A stretch of DNA of 63,542 nucleotides, counting the filler, from Choristocarpus tenellus KU-1152 (Eukaryota > Protista > Phaeophyceae), in the NCBI GenBank assembly GCA_964200185.2. It is 11 parts of 11 records of this genome, joined end to end, with 100 filler letters (N's around TTAATTAATTAA, not from the genome) between each part and the next. Parts side by side here need not be neighbours in the genome. Positions count along the whole stretch, not along the records: positions 1 to 8,084 come from CAXNAD020005174.1; positions 8,185 to 10,687 come from CAXNAD020027262.1; positions 10,788 to 13,770 come from CAXNAD020023161.1; 8 more parts are not named here. One strand, given 5' to 3'. This document shows, piece by piece, positions 1 to 13,770 of this stretch; the first letter of the stretch is position 1; every line of letters starts with the position of its first letter. The notes under the pieces are model-generated. The model was not told where the DNA came from and ran no database searches. It saw only the letters and a program-made list of their open reading frames with translations. The position numbers and the translations under genes were made by a program.

Positions 1-1287
1 TTCTTCCCTTGTCCTACTCCGCCCTACATACTGGAACATTTCCCCTTCTGATTCCCCCCCCCCCCCTCCCCACATGGAAACAGTACTTATGTCCATGATC
101 TACCTGTACTGTATATTTCACATTGAGGTGGATGATCGATTATAAGGTGTTTTTCCACTATCCAAAGAACGTTTAATATGGTATTAAACTGCACAACTCG
201 TTGATGCTGTTGGAACACACATAAGGGAAAACAGATGAAAACATAGCTACCGTTCTGGTGGGTGGAAAGATTATTATCTCTTAGCGCATATGACCCACAG
301 CACAGCCAAACAACCTACTAGTCCAACGATGCAAAGGTAGACAGACCTACGTGTGTGTTCAAGTGATGCACCCGTTTGTCGCACAACTGGAGGATTTACA
401 ATGTGGCATAGATGGGGTGTTTATGCTGAATGTTTTATTGTTTGCTTACACTTTTCACTTCAAGAGATGAGAAGCGTAACAATTAAATATCTCAATTCAT
501 TTGTGAACCCCTTATCTCCCATATGAGGGTGCCTTCACATTCAGATTTGGTTGGAATATTCCCACCCAACAATTGCGTAGCTTGCTCAAAACGGGACACA
601 ATGTAGTGGCACTGGAGACAAGCTCGAGAGTACACAGATATGTTTTGCCCCCCCCCTCTACAAAACAACTATAGAAAAATTCTGTATCTAATATAGGAAG
701 GTTCGACTCGTGTTCTCCAAGTGTACATACAATTTTTTTTTGAAGTAAACACGAGCACCAAAGGTTTCTCGATGGTGGTGAAGCACTGATGAGAAGACCT
801 CTCTCTACACACTGATTGATAGNNNNNNNNNNGAGCTGTGCTGATGTTTTCCTTCTTCCCAACTCAACTTGTCACCTAAGTACACTAGTACTGAGATAGT
901 ACTGAGAATGAAGTACCATGCTTTTGATCCTTCATGACCATTGCTGTAGGCAACACATAATCTTTTGTGATCGTTGCTGAGTATCTATCTAGTGTGTTGC
1001 TTCTTTCACTCCCATTGCAATGTCTGCACAAACATCAGTACACAAATTTATATATTTGGTAGATCTCGAAGAAGCAAATTTGCTGATGTATTGATGAATG
1101 CTGTCTAGCATCCACCCCAATTGGGGCGATTCTTCTTCAAGAGGCACACGAACATTCCTCACACCGACACCTCACACACAAGAAGGGTATTGATTGGTCT
1201 GGGTAGTTAACAATGTAACTCATTCATGGACTATTCCACATGCCTCCCACAACAGGTCCGTTCCTCACTTCAGTTGCATCTCACCAA

Positions 1288-4200
1288 CTACTTCCTTGAG
1301 CAAAATGCAGGGGGGTTCGCTGTGGCCGTCATGTGGTTAAGTGACCTCATAAGAGATGGAAAGATGTGTGCTAAACGGAAGAAACTTTTCGCTGCCCTTC
1401 CTGACAAATACCTGAATGCATACATGAGGGAGGGGTCATGGTGTAGAGGATTGAAAGAGGTTAGCGTGCATCTAAACCCAAGGGTCGGATGAGAGAGTGG
1501 GCTTTTGATAGGTGGCTTTCTGATGCAGTTGTATTGATGATAGCTAAACAACCCTAAGCCGTACTTGGGGAAGTAGAGAACACATTTGACTGACTCGAGT
1601 GATGCTCAGTTGGGTATTTTTCTTGTACATTGTACGTAAGACACTCAAGTATAAAGGATTTCTCAGTGCTATGGCACTGAAATCCAGAATTCTAACTAAC
1701 AGGTTGTCAAGCAAGATCAGCCCTGAAACAATGTAGATCACCGTCACTTCAGAAGACGTCTCATAATACATCCATAGCATGGATTACATTACTGCCCACT
1801 TTGCAGATGGATAAATCATTGGTCAGACCATCATTTTGGAAAATCTAGTACAATCATTCAGCCAATCATCAGCAACTGGACATGCTTACATTTACCACAT
1901 AACCTCCGTCTGGCACAGCACTGAATCAAAGTAAACGAGAGGGACCCAGAGCTGGATGCTGAACAATACTTACAAAATTCGACTCTTTTACAAACACATA
2001 AAGGATATTTCCTGAATTCTATCGAAAATTTTCAAACAAATAGAGAAATCAACGCTTTCAAGTCAAGGGTCAAAGTATCTAGGAGGGGGGGGGGGGGGGG
2101 GGTGTGGTTGGTTTGTGAGTGGGTCCGTTTCGGTCAAACAACCCTTTTTTTTGCTGACATTATTTCAAATCCGACATGTGCGACCAAATCACACCAAAAA
2201 TGCGAAAATCGAAAAAAGGGTGAAAAACGGACCTCGACGCCCCCCCCCAAGATACTTTGACCCTCAAACTTGTCACTTCATTCATATAAATATGGGCAAA
2301 TCGCAATATATTGAAAATTCAGCATAAAATGTAAAAAAAAAACGGTCAAGACCTGGGTAGCTCTCGTTTACTTTGACTCTCATTATTGAAGGCAAGGTAA
2401 TGAATGACCATTGAATGCAATCCACCCCCACTCAACGGCAAACACTGTTATAAAATGGAAAGACCTCTAGACAGAGAGGAACATGGTATCCTTCGACTAA
2501 TGAGTTGCACGTACAGAATTTAACGTTGACATATATTAAAAGAGCTGCATATCTACAGGGCATGCCAAAACAGCATCTTCCACATGACCAAGAAGCATGG
2601 GGACCTTCCTCTTCACACAGCCTTGACAAACCCCTTACGCAAAATTGTCCCGATCTTTCTGGGAGTGATCTATTCCCACTATACAGTGACTACTTGCCTG
2701 ATCTGGGTCTTTTTTGCACCAACAGCTCTACAGAGGTCTTCCACCACCACATCAGGCGTGTCAAATACATACGAAGGTATATTTTCCCTTTGCCTTGAAG
2801 CGATGACCTTATCGATGTAGTCCTGTCCATACAACTCCTTAGCTTCTGGTGGTGCAGCCTGCTTGTACATCAGTTGTTTGGTTCAAGAACAGCAGTACAT
2901 GATAAGGCAAATGGATACTGTGCATGATGGAGGGAGAGGCACAAGAGGGAGACAAGGTGTGATGGCAAGGGGGACAAGGGCACCGAAGACCTAGCTATTA
3001 CAACAATAGCTAAGGACGTGAGATGATCAGCAGAGCAGAGTAAGAATCACCACAGTGTTGAGTCGGCATTTGGCATCCCCGCCCAGGGCAACATTGGGGG
3101 GATGTCAATCTGCATGCAACACTCATAGTATCATGCACCTGCTATGTGTTGCACACTTCTCTGCCAACTAAGAAACAAACACAACAGAAAACTTAAAAGA
3201 TAACATATTGCTCGGTGAACGAAATACAAATGCATTGGACAACAAATAGTGGAGGAGAACAATCAATCGAATCACACGCAGGCGCTGCTACGTAGCTACC
3301 GACTGCCATGTACATGGAACACTGTATGTAGTGGAAGGCAAATAACCTCTGACTCGTGAGATGGCTGATTTGGTGGAGGTCTCACTCACCGAATGGCACT
3401 TGATGTAGTCCTCGTTAGACGTTTCTAGCATGGTAGTTGAAATTGAGCTCGGGTTCAATATGGTCACCTTCCCAACATTGAAAGATTTCAAGCGCAAGAG
3501 GGTGGAGGAGGAGGGGCACAGATAAGTGATCGGGCAAGCAGTAGCACCTGAGAAGCACCTAAACAACTGGAGGGGTTTTGAGGGGTTGTTCATCGTACAC
3601 AGAACAGAAGAAAAAGAAAATGACCCAATACTATGTGGTTGACGCACACTTTTTCAGTGCTTGTTCACTCAAGCATGGTGGGATTGTTAGTCTCGGTGAC
3701 AGAGACTGTGTAAGTTTGTAGAGAGCAAAACCATTACACCTGATTGGGTCTTGCAGTACCCTCCACAAGTTATATAGTCGTGTAGCACAGTGTCTGGCAA
3801 GGGATGCAAGTACAGGTCATTTGTTCCAACAGCATCAGTGGGAAGAGTCTTTCGTGTGTCATCAAGTGAGCGCTATGCATCTATATGCTGACAGGTCACT
3901 TTCTGTTTCAAATGCCAATAACTGATGCATGATTACAACTACAACTTAGATATCGAGTATTTTCCAGCATTCTATTTGGGCCAATCCCCTATCCTTGGTA
4001 CTTATTTGCTGGTGCACCCTATTCTTCATATTCAAGTCAATTTTGAAACAATGTTGAGCAAGAAATCCATAAATCCCTCAGGTGCCCTCTGTCTAGCAGT
4101 CTTTTGGCAAGGTCCTAGTGTGGAGTAAAGAGTCTGATTGCCTAATTATTCAGCCAATGCCCTGTCCAAAATCATGAATCATACAAGCATCAATACACTA

Positions 4201-7200
4201 CATAGCTCTGCAACCCGTGGTACCGTACAACAGTTGTTCGCTGATTGGTGCACCACAAGTAAAGCATTACAGATCCTAATAAAGTGTATGTATGTGTGCA
4301 CTTCAAGCATTGCAAAAACGAAAATAAGCAGGGTATCAGATAAGAACACAGAACTAACACAGAGCTAAAATCTGTAAATCCATGCATGATGCAACAACAC
4401 TGTTGCATTAACACATGTACCTGCACACCAAAAACATCCATCTCCGCCTGCAGTACACTAGCAAAACCCTCAATCCCGTGCTTGGAGGCTGCATACGATG
4501 AGAAGGAAGGCAAGGGAACAAGACCACACACCGACGACATGAATACCACCCGTGATCCTGGGGTGTCAATCAGCATAGGGAGCGCTGCCTGCAGCAACAA
4601 AAGAAGTTGGAAATGATGGATGTTGGGTGCCGTAATAGGTGAAGGTTTTTGCACTACTAGCCAGAGCGGAAGTGCGAGTGGAGCGTAATAAACTTTGGTT
4701 CGTGAACATAGAGGATGCCTAACATATTGTACAACGTTGATGCCTTCGAGAACATAGAGGATGTTCATTGAGGATTTGATTCAATTCAAGGAGTTGGTAC
4801 TGCATGGCACATTCCAACCGCCACCAAATACTGTCATAGTATGACATTGCTCGAGGATGGATACAGAAGAAACGAGGAATCTATCGCTACCCCTTAATTA
4901 AGCCTCTACGTCATGGCCTATCACGCACCAAGATACTGCAACAATAATAGGGCTTCCTTCAGAAACTGAAGACTGAAATATCCTATGTATACAAACACTC
5001 TACTAACAGCTATTATTATTGTGTCGGCATACATCCGTGGAGCTCTGACACCGATAACAATGATCAGAATAGGGTTGAGAGTTTCCCAGAAAACACAGAT
5101 AGCACAGCATGTTATATTCATTTCCATTGTATCAAAAGCATCAACATGCCTAACCATTATCTTCTTTGTGGGCACAATATCATCACTCCCTGACATACCT
5201 TTGTGAATCTGATGGAGCCCATGAGGTTCACATTGAGAGTATTCTCGTAGTCAGAGATATCCTGCACCAGCACCTCTGCACCTCTTCATATCAACACCCC
5301 CGCCAAGAGCAGAGCAAGGGGAAATGAATGCAATGAGGTGCAACAGTGATTGCTGCAGTTTCAAACAATCAAGTGTGCGCTACCTTGGTGAATATTTGCT
5401 CCCAGACCATTTCGTTCCTGCACTGAAATAATCTCACCACCTTTTTCATGCCATCGGAATTATGGTATACCCTGTGCTGCCCCGCCAGCTAAGTGTCCAC
5501 ATCTAGTAGTGGCATCTAGTAGTACTTGCGACCACTCTGTAGCTACTTTCATATGTGTGCTCTCCCAGATAATTTGTCTCTTACTACATTTCCAAGCTAC
5601 TACTATTACAGGGGGCTACTGATACAACTATCTTTAACTCGAGCAACTTGCAACTCTATATGAACCACCAGAACAACTTGCAAGCACAAGTGAATTTGGT
5701 ATTCACAATTTTACATCCATCTCTTGAGGAGTGTTGCAGTTCGAAGCATACAATGCAACCAACTAGAGACGATGAGCCAGGAAGTCAGTTGAATGGCCAC
5801 CTGCTACACTATCAGTAGATATTCAGTTCCTCTCTAGGAGCCATATTTTGTACAGAGATGGGAGATGAATAGGACCTCAGCAGTTACTCTAAGTACACCT
5901 GCCTTGTAATGCAAAATCATCAGGGTGACAATAACCTAGCCTGGATGGTACCATCCTGATGACAATTAACAATAAGCTGTGAAACTGCTCGACTGTGACT
6001 GGCAGGCTGCGGATGGTATATGAACGGAACATACCTAGCTATGCCTGCATTGTTCACAACAGCATGAAGCTTCCCTCCATTGAGTGACCTGACTTTGGCT
6101 GCAATGTTCACCATATCCTGAGCCATCCAACATCAGTACAGTTGATGTTTGATGTTTGGCCACAAGGTTAGGACAAGATTGGTAGCTGTAAACCCATCCA
6201 ACAAATATAATAAATTTCCACGCACAATTTGTTGGCAACTGATGAATGTGAGCTGTTAGTCTCGGGAGGCTCACATTGTTGAGGAATTTGAGATGTTACT
6301 TACCATGCCCTATATCACCAAACATTTTACACATGTCTCAACATGAACATAGAACGAAACAAGACAAATATCTGGTGGATAGATAGATATTGCAATTTCA
6401 AGGAAACGTCTGCAAATTACAATAACATTATGCTTCTTCTCAAACCTTTACCAAAAAATCAAAAGCTTTGAGGAAGAGGATGCATAGATAGGTGGCGAGA
6501 TCGTTTGTCAATGCTACGTTAATCTGAAAGTTTTCGCCTGCCTTCTTTTTGTATCAGATACACCCCCCTTTCCAATTACGACAACCCTTAATGAAGATAC
6601 ATTTTCACCAAAATAGGTATACATCAAGCAATAGTCGGACGTTGTGAGGTAGAAAAAACAGGGACAAAAGCTAACCAGGTTCACGGATCAATTCTGAAGG
6701 TCGAGGGAGGTGTGGGTATGCACTTATTTCGGATCTACTAACGGTGTCAGAATATAAGGTAGATGGGTGCTTGAGGACAGCACAGGAGACATTTTTGGAT
6801 GGCTTCACCAAAAAAATTTAGCTCTAAAGCAGAGGTCGAGAACTACTAAGTGAAACTATACCAAATGAGAGAGATATCAAATGAGAGAGTTCTGAGCCTC
6901 ACTATCTCTTGCTGCACAACGGAATAAGGAAACAAAATGAATAACGTGAGAGCCACACACTCAACAGGACTTGGAGCCCTCGAACAATCACAAAAACAAA
7001 TGCGTCGTATTAAAAAGTGTCAAACCTGGTCCTTGGTAACATCACATTTGAACGCAATTACTCCTGGGCACTCCCGTTCAAGATCCTCTAAGCCCTTAGG
7101 AGTGAGACATCCTGCTACCACCTTGTAACCTTTGGCATGTAGGGTCTTCGCCGCCAGGTTTCCAATCCTGGATGGGGACAATAGTTCAAGGTCAAGACAA

Positions 7201-7635
7201 AACAAAGATTGTTCAGATACCTCTGACTAGACTCTCGTTTTCATAGATATCATTGTCATCCCTCCATGTATCTGCAGAGGGGTGCACGGACAAAAGCAAC
7301 ACTGTATGGTGTGCCCATGTCTCTGTGTGAGAGACAACATCTACCCAACATCTATTGTGCTCCGAGTGGGAAATATCTTACCCCGAGTCACAACCTGAGA
7401 TCATGACAAGTCTTCCATCTCCAGTTGCATCTCTCCCGTCGTCACACCGGGGAAAAAGAAACGTGAGCCCCAGAGCGAAGGGCACTGCACTGATTAGGAA
7501 GGCTACCAAATCCCCCCATGTCTGCCCAGCCCGAGCAATGACAAGATTTTCTACGCTCTGTCCGATCTGAGAGTAACTGAGCAGCAGTCGGGTTAATACA
7601 ACAGCAACCACAACTTTGACGACCTTAAACAACAT
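1288..7635 (-). CDS. Short-chain dehydrogenase/reductase (retinol dehydrogenase / 17-beta-HSD / BDH1-like, SDR9C-type), complete, 8 exons, 364 aa
   Basis: Hand-spliced exons 7635-7382, 7167-7026, 6117-6035, 5283-5199, 4588-4421, 3467-3390, 2858-2698, 1411-1288 total 1095 nt with consistent phases and a TAG stop. Motifs: ISGCDSGIG (Rossmann), VVAGCL, CDVT, VVNNAGI, VNLMG, SRVVFMSS, YAASK (catalytic YxxxK), YGQDY, RYLSG..AK. Hydrophobic N-terminal anchor. Confidence 0.93.
2067..2263. mobile_element. MITE subfamily B, full-length copy in SDR intron 7
   Basis: Perfect 14-bp TIR GGGTCAAAGTATCT...AGATACTTTGACCC with internal poly-G/poly-C tracts. TCAA on both flanks. Closely similar partial copies at 21744, 32980, 40816, 40937, 58787. 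Confidence 0.85.
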
Positions 7636-8084
7636 GGTTCAGACGATATTTGAGTGTAGACAATCGATGTACTGTTCTCGTCGTTTTATATGACTGGTGA
7701 CACACTCTGTTGGTACCACTACTATGTTTTCATGTTTCTCATGTTGATAACACTGAATACCCTGACACATCTGCAAAACGTCAGAGGGTATAATAATAAT
7801 ACAAACAATTCGTCACAAAATATATTTATATTTTGGACATTGTAAAATAACCAATGAAAACCTAATTCATTATCATAACTCCTATAAAGTAACTGTTGAG
7901 GTAAATGTGAAAGAAATTATTCTATATGTGAGGGGACAGGTCCTCTTCCTAGGATATCCTCACACTAATAATGAGGATAATAGGTCGTACCCCTGCCAGC
8001 CCTGAACACTACTACGCTGCCATGGAGGGGAGTGTGGGAAGCGAAGCAGTGCTGGAATCCATCCGCTCACAATCGTCCTCCACC

Positions 8085-8184
8085 NNNNNNNNNNNNNNNN
8101 NNNNNNNNNNNNNNNNNNNNNNNNNNNNTTAATTAATTAANNNNNNNNNNNNNNNNNNNNNNNNNNNNNNNNNNNNNNNNNNNN
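8085..8184. other. Artificial contig linker (first of 10; others start at 10688, 13771, 21788, 25187, 28471, 33070, 38179, 40837, 58947)
   Basis: Identical 44N-TTAATTAATTAA-44N spacer with stops in all six frames. Confidence 0.98.
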
Positions 8185-8803
8185 GGGGTGACTGGAAATC
8201 AGTGACGAAAGGGGTTCGCACTGGTTGGTCATCTCATGGGGGGTAAATAGGAAACCAGTGGCGAAGGGGTTGCAATGGGCTGGTTAGAAGAGGGAATACA
8301 TGGGGAAGGAAAGGAATGGAAAAATAGGGGAATGGCAAACAAGGAATAAGTTAATAATAATAATATTCCAGAATTAGTGAGCAGAACAAAACGAATTTTT
8401 GTGAAAAAAAAATCGTTTTTGATCAGAAGTTATGGGTCAAAGTTTGATACAGGAGGCGATTCCCACTATTATAGATTAGAAACAGCGAATTGAGTGTATA
8501 TTTCGAATCTTGACGTCAATTATCTTATCTTTAATATGCATTCAAATTCTCAAAACCTTCTTTTCCTTTGCTCTTACTACCTACCCTATAACAAGAACGT
8601 TCTCATTTTCAATCTCCGATCTTGTTTATGGTTTTTGGGTAGTACGAAGTGGTTAGGTTCGTGTGGAACTAACTAAGACCTCCATAATCAGAGGTGCCGA
8701 AGTTATTTGTTGCGTTCACAAACGACAAAGTACACCCCTGGAGTCATTGCAATAGGAAAGAGGCTGTGCGGCTGTTGTTGCTGAAAGCTATAGAACAAAT
8801 CCA

Positions 8804-10533
8804 ATGGATGCAACCGTAGTTCCAACAGGGGATGCTGACACCACAGTTATGTACCCTTCCAACGAAGAGGTTGCCTCTGATTCGAGTCGAGGTTGCTTTG
8901 GATGCAGACTGTTCTGGAGGCAGTTCTTTGCGCTGGTTCGCAAGAACTTTTTGAGCAAACGCCGGACGCCTATACAACTCGTGAGTGCAGTCTCCAAATT
9001 GGGTTCTGTTTTTTGACTGAAGTGTCTCTGTCATGGCATTCGCTGGGCAAAGGTGGTTTGCTCATCTTTCATTCACCCGCAAGGGACTTCGTAAAGCTAC
9101 GTAGTTACATAAATATTAAGGAAGAACTCATGTCTTACGCCCTACCCTCATTATGATGACAACTCATAACTCATTGTCTTTACTGTTGACGCACACATCC
9201 CTTTGGTTACGTGCCTGCTTTTGCTGCGCAGCTTGTGGAGCTTCTCGTGCCTCCTCTTTTCATTTTGATGATTGGCGCGATTAAGTCGTCCATCAATCCA
9301 GAGACGACTCCTTCTTTCATACCCACTCTAGACTCACCCGTAGCATCCTTCCAAACGTTGGAGACACACAGTGCCTACCCAAACGTTCTTTGCTTCGATA
9401 ACAACATCTTCCGCAGGTACGTAACTCTACGAATGATCAACATTTTCTGTGATATAACTGCTCTATGTCAATCGCGTTGTGACTATATCTGCAATGGATT
9501 AGTCGCTGCACATTCGTGAGAAGGACAACAGTACAGTAGTGAGCTTTAGGAACTCAGGGATATTTCTCTTCCAATAATGTTTAAGCACTGATGCTAAGCA
9601 CTTCGTGCAGCCTCCTGGATGAGGCTTTCCCGACCAGGTTCAAAGTATCATGTGTTCTTAAATCTCGCGTGGTACTGCTCGTGCTGTTCAAGTTTGCCTG
9701 ACATCGCTAATGAGAGTTTGATTCACTGAAGAGTGGTGGGAAGGGGCGACAACAACAGTTGGAAATAGGATAATTGATTTTCTCACCTCATAGACGAGGG
9801 ATTATCTTCCCTATGAAGTCGTGTAGCAAGCACCCTGTGGTCAATAGGTACCACTGAAAGTCCACCTTCTGCTCAAAAACCCATCATATACTTCTAAACC
9901 ACACAAGCTTATTGTGCACTATAGCAACTGCATTTCACTGGAAGGAAACAATGTACAATGACGAAGCATTTAGGCAGTGTGCCACCAACAGGTACGAAGT
10001 GTGTGAAGTGAATTCAGTGTACCCCTCCAACGCCTCATTTTTTGTTCTACCTAAATTGAAACCTTGTCCAAACCTTCTGCATGAACATTCACTCAACTGC
10101 ACACCTACAGATGTTCATGTAACAATGATATATTTGATGATGAGATCGATCAGTACATGACCGGCGGATCGCTCTCTATGCCAGGCCGGGTAAGAAGGGG
10201 GCACTCTAGGGTGAAATGTTTCTAAAAACTGAGTTAATCCATCATGGGGTTGAAACACGGTTGCATTTTATTTATTGTGCGATGACCTCAACTCTGTTGA
10301 AGATTGCTGCTGCTTGACTAATGTTTTGAACTTCCTCTGTCGAGGACATAGAGTCGAAGGTTCCGAGGTGAACACGATCAACGGTGGCTGAACATAAAAG
10401 TGACTGGAGATGATTTAATTTTTTTCCTTCCCCTTGGCAGGCGCTGTGGTCAACGGTTCATGCAGCCGATACTCTGTATGCAATGTGCGGTGTTGCCTCC
10501 CAAGCTTCTTCTTCAAACTGCACTGCAGCATTG
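8804..10533 (+). CDS. ABC transporter subfamily A, N-terminal fragment (3' truncated by contig end)
   Basis: Exon 8804-8980 (GTGAGT donor) and exon 9232-9416 give FWRQFFALVRKNFLSKRRTPIQL-LVELLVPPLFILMIGAIK, the typical ABCA N-terminal motif plus TM1. Probable further exon 10441-10533 (cag / gtaag boundaries); its frame is uncertain. Confidence 0.88.
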
Positions 10534-10787
10534 GTAAGAGTTAACATGGCAAGGGAGCATCATTGTAAGGGAACGCTGAAAGGTTTGGATTGAGTCGGTT
10601 GAAGCAAAGTGAAACCCTCCCCCTCCCCCCCTCCCCCCTCCCCCCCCCCCAATCCAACATTCCCCCCCCCCCCCCCACCACAAACCCNNNNNNNNNNNNN
10701 NNNNNNNNNNNNNNNNNNNNNNNNNNNNNNNTTAATTAATTAANNNNNNNNNNNNNNNNNNNNNNNNNNNNNNNNNNNNNNNNNNNN

Positions 10788-10877
10788 GATAATATAAGTT
10801 CACTTTTCCTGGTCGTGGTTCGAATGGACACTCTGGTGTAGACCCCCCCCCCCCCCCCCCCCAATATACATTGAGCC
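10788..10877. mobile_element. MITE subfamily A, partial (right end) at contig start
   Basis: AATGGACACTCTGGTGTAGAC + poly-C + degenerate TIR ATATACATTGAGCC. Confidence 0.7.
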
Positions 10878-11939
10878 TGGACCAGGCATGTTGCAAAAGT
10901 TCATGGTCATGAATCAGTTTGTTAGAACATATGTATGGTAAGTGGTGTTAGGATTGGATGGGTCAGGTGTGACACCGAGTTTTATTTTGTTTCCCCCCCT
11001 TTCCCACAGGGACTTGCATTGTTGATGAGACTTTTAATGTACTGTCCCAGCTATTGGGTGTTAGTAGTGCGCTCTGCCTAGGTTTCTCTTAATTGCTGGT
11101 CTTAGTTACACGGATTTTTCTCTTCTTTTTATTAATTTTTACTGTATTTTGAACTACTTGCTATGTTTTGTGAATGAAGCAGTTTTTGTGTTGATGCACT
11201 TCCTCTACCTTTTGACCAAGGGAGGGATTGGGACCCTTCAGACTACCTGAGAGCTGGGACCCTTCAGACTACCTGCGGCCCTTATGCCAAGACTCACCTC
11301 TGCAAACTTTGTCATCAACATAATCATCACGCTCAGATTTGACTTACATGTTGTCCTGCGTCCCCTCATATACCCTAGTCCCCAAAACACAGAGCCCCTG
11401 GTGCTCAACTTCACCATGTCCTCACCCAAGCTCATTTAGAGAGTTGAGCCCATCGTCACTGGTCCTCCCCATAGTGGTATCTATATGTTGGGTTGGGGTT
11501 AGATACTGTTTCCTCCAAAAGGCTTTTGTCACATAGGTCGTTTGGTGGGTTAGTAGTCGAGACCTCGCAGCGGCCACTCGTGTATGCTTAGCAGGTTTGA
11601 ACCTCTTTTTCGAAGCCAGAATTCTTTTCATGAAAATCTGTTTTTGATTTTGCTATGCCACGAGTCATGTTCAACGGATTGTACACCTCCTGTACCAGCT
11701 TGTCTCTGCCCGTGTCACAATAATGACGGACCAAGGTCAAGGTGGAAACTTCGGGGCGGGCTCAGAATATGATTTGAGATAGTAGGAGTAATGAGCATTG
11801 TGAGTGCTGAACCCAACCACTGGAAAGGAAGGCAGGAATAGAGGCAGTACATTTAGTCGTAGTGCAACAACAGTTAGTCAGTAGATAGTGTAGAAGTAGT
11901 GCAGAGTGCAGTAAGTGAATGGCGCTCACCACGGTGATG

Positions 11940-13125
11940 TGGACAGGGGAGTAAGGGCTTCTTTGGGGACCAACCCCAGCCTTGGGGAACACCAAGTGGA
12001 ATATTTCTCACGTCGTTTTCGAACCAATTCCGAACCATTTTGCTGTGTTTTCGAGCCATTTTTACGTGTTTTTGGGAACGTTTTAAAGACATTTTCACAT
12101 AATTTTAGTTTTTTTTTAACGTTTGGTCATGTTTTTGGGGGTGTTGCAGTGAACAGGGGAGATTCCTGTTAGAGCATAGGGTGTTTATCTTTTGTGTACT
12201 TGATACGATACAATATTACCAATCATACTGACTGTTAATTCGCACATCTGTACTGGCCATTACTCACATTTACATCATTAGCACCTCATCATAGCATCAT
12301 CAGCTACTATTAGAACATCATGGTGCGTAGGAAGTATGGAACAGTCGACATATGTCAACCATACAAGCATATTATGTGCCATATGAATTGTCCCATATAT
12401 TGATTTAAGTCTGCATTCTTTGTTTTCTTTGATCTTCACATCAGAGTAATCAATTGTGTCTCATATTTTTATTATTTTTCTCTGATTGTCCTTGCCCCTA
12501 CTTGAACTTCGACTTCACTCTGCACTAAGTGTACCTCTACACAACAGGATGCCATATATTCAGAGTTAAAACATCTCCATAAACCCTTTTTAACAAGGTG
12601 CCAAGCCTCTACTCAGAGCATGTACTTCCTTTGAACGTAAGAAGGAATATCTACGTCCTACCAAATAACCTCTGACTATGCACATCATGTCACTAGGTTC
12701 ATCAGCATGAATCCACCAGTGCTTCATTGCACTATGACACCCCTTCATCACAACCAACCTACCACCGTACAAGAGCGCGATTCATTCAACAATCTCCTGT
12801 AGTCAGAACCCTCACTGTCGTTGGGGAGCGCACACTGCAATGTTTTCTTAACTCTTCGCACAAAATTTTGAAAATCCAACCCCTATGTATAACACTAACC
12901 CTAGCCCTAGCCCTAACCCTTACCAAGAATATGGTAGAGAGTGATCTAATCATGACCAAAAACATGGGTAAAAATGTGAGCAAATATCCAAGAAACATCG
13001 CTAAAATGATGCGCAACTACAAAATGGTTCGGAGAAAAGGCTCGAAAAATAGTTCGAAAAATAGTTCGAAAAATGATGTGAGAAAAAATCAATTTTCTCC
13101 CAAAGAAGAGCTAATTCCCCAGTAC
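11940..13125. repeat. Two inverted copies of a short repeat (about 11940-12170 and 12790-13125) flanking another dispersed repeat
   Basis: Shared blocks TTTCTCAC.TC.TTTTCGAAC, TCCGAACCATTTTG and TTTGGTCATG are direct in the first copy and reverse-complemented in the second. Confidence 0.6.
12180..12640. repeat. Dispersed non-coding repeat; reverse copies at about 20540-20990 and 43000-43540
   Basis: GAAGTATGGAACAGTCGACAT.TGTCAA.CATACAA and TTGTTTTCTTTGATCTTCACAT recur as reverse complements at 43200-43310 and, more diverged, at 20700-20960. Confidence 0.75.
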
Positions 13126-13246
13126 ATATCAACAGGTCGAGATCATCCCAAACTAATTTGATGCAAAAATAGTAATATTTCGAAGTACTAAATTACAGAG
13201 GAACCTGTGTGTCAAAGGAGGTAACGCACTATAAACAACTACTTCA

Positions 13247-13496
13247 GGCTCAAAAGTATCTGGGGGGGGGTGGCAGCTGTCCATTTTGGGGTCATTTTTT
13301 TCATGTCGCGATTTTTGGGTGATTTGGTTCCATAAATTGGATGGATAATGAAAGTGCACTTTTCCTGCTTTTTAGAACCCCCTCCCCCCCCCCCCCCACC
13401 TCATATCTTGACTCCATANNNNNNNNNNTAATAATAGAGACTTTGTCCTGCTTTTCGTGCCCCCCCCCCCCCCCCCCCCCCCAGATACTTTGGGTC
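13247..13496. mobile_element. MITE subfamily A (spans a 10-N gap, right part duplicated)
   Basis: GGCTCAAAAGTATCT...AGATACTTTGGGTC, flanked by TCA/TCA 3-bp duplication. Confidence 0.8.
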
Positions 13497-13720
13497 TCAA
13501 GTTGAATGCAGTGAAAAAATGAGGACAGTAAAGTATTGCCGTTCTTTGTGAGAGATTTCAATCAATTATTGATTCAGCCCTCAAGATTTGAAAATCATTG
13601 CAGTATCCAACCCTTCTGACATAGTTCGGGTATGTTTGAAAGCAGTAAATCAATCGATTTGAGGAACCATGAAACAGTTATTATGTCAAAGTAGCACCTC
13701 CCACTGGAGGACCAACTACC

Positions 13721-13770
13721 GACCCAAAGTATCTGAGGGAGGGGGGGGGTCTACACCAGAGTGTCCATTT
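13721..13770. mobile_element. MITE subfamily A, partial, reverse orientation, at contig end
   Basis: GACCCAAAGTATCT + G-tract + GTCTACACCAGAGTGTCCATTT. Confidence 0.78.

Noticed and set aside
7635-8804. Apparent divergent SDR/ABCA gene pair
   Set aside because: Separated by an artificial linker; they are on different contigs.
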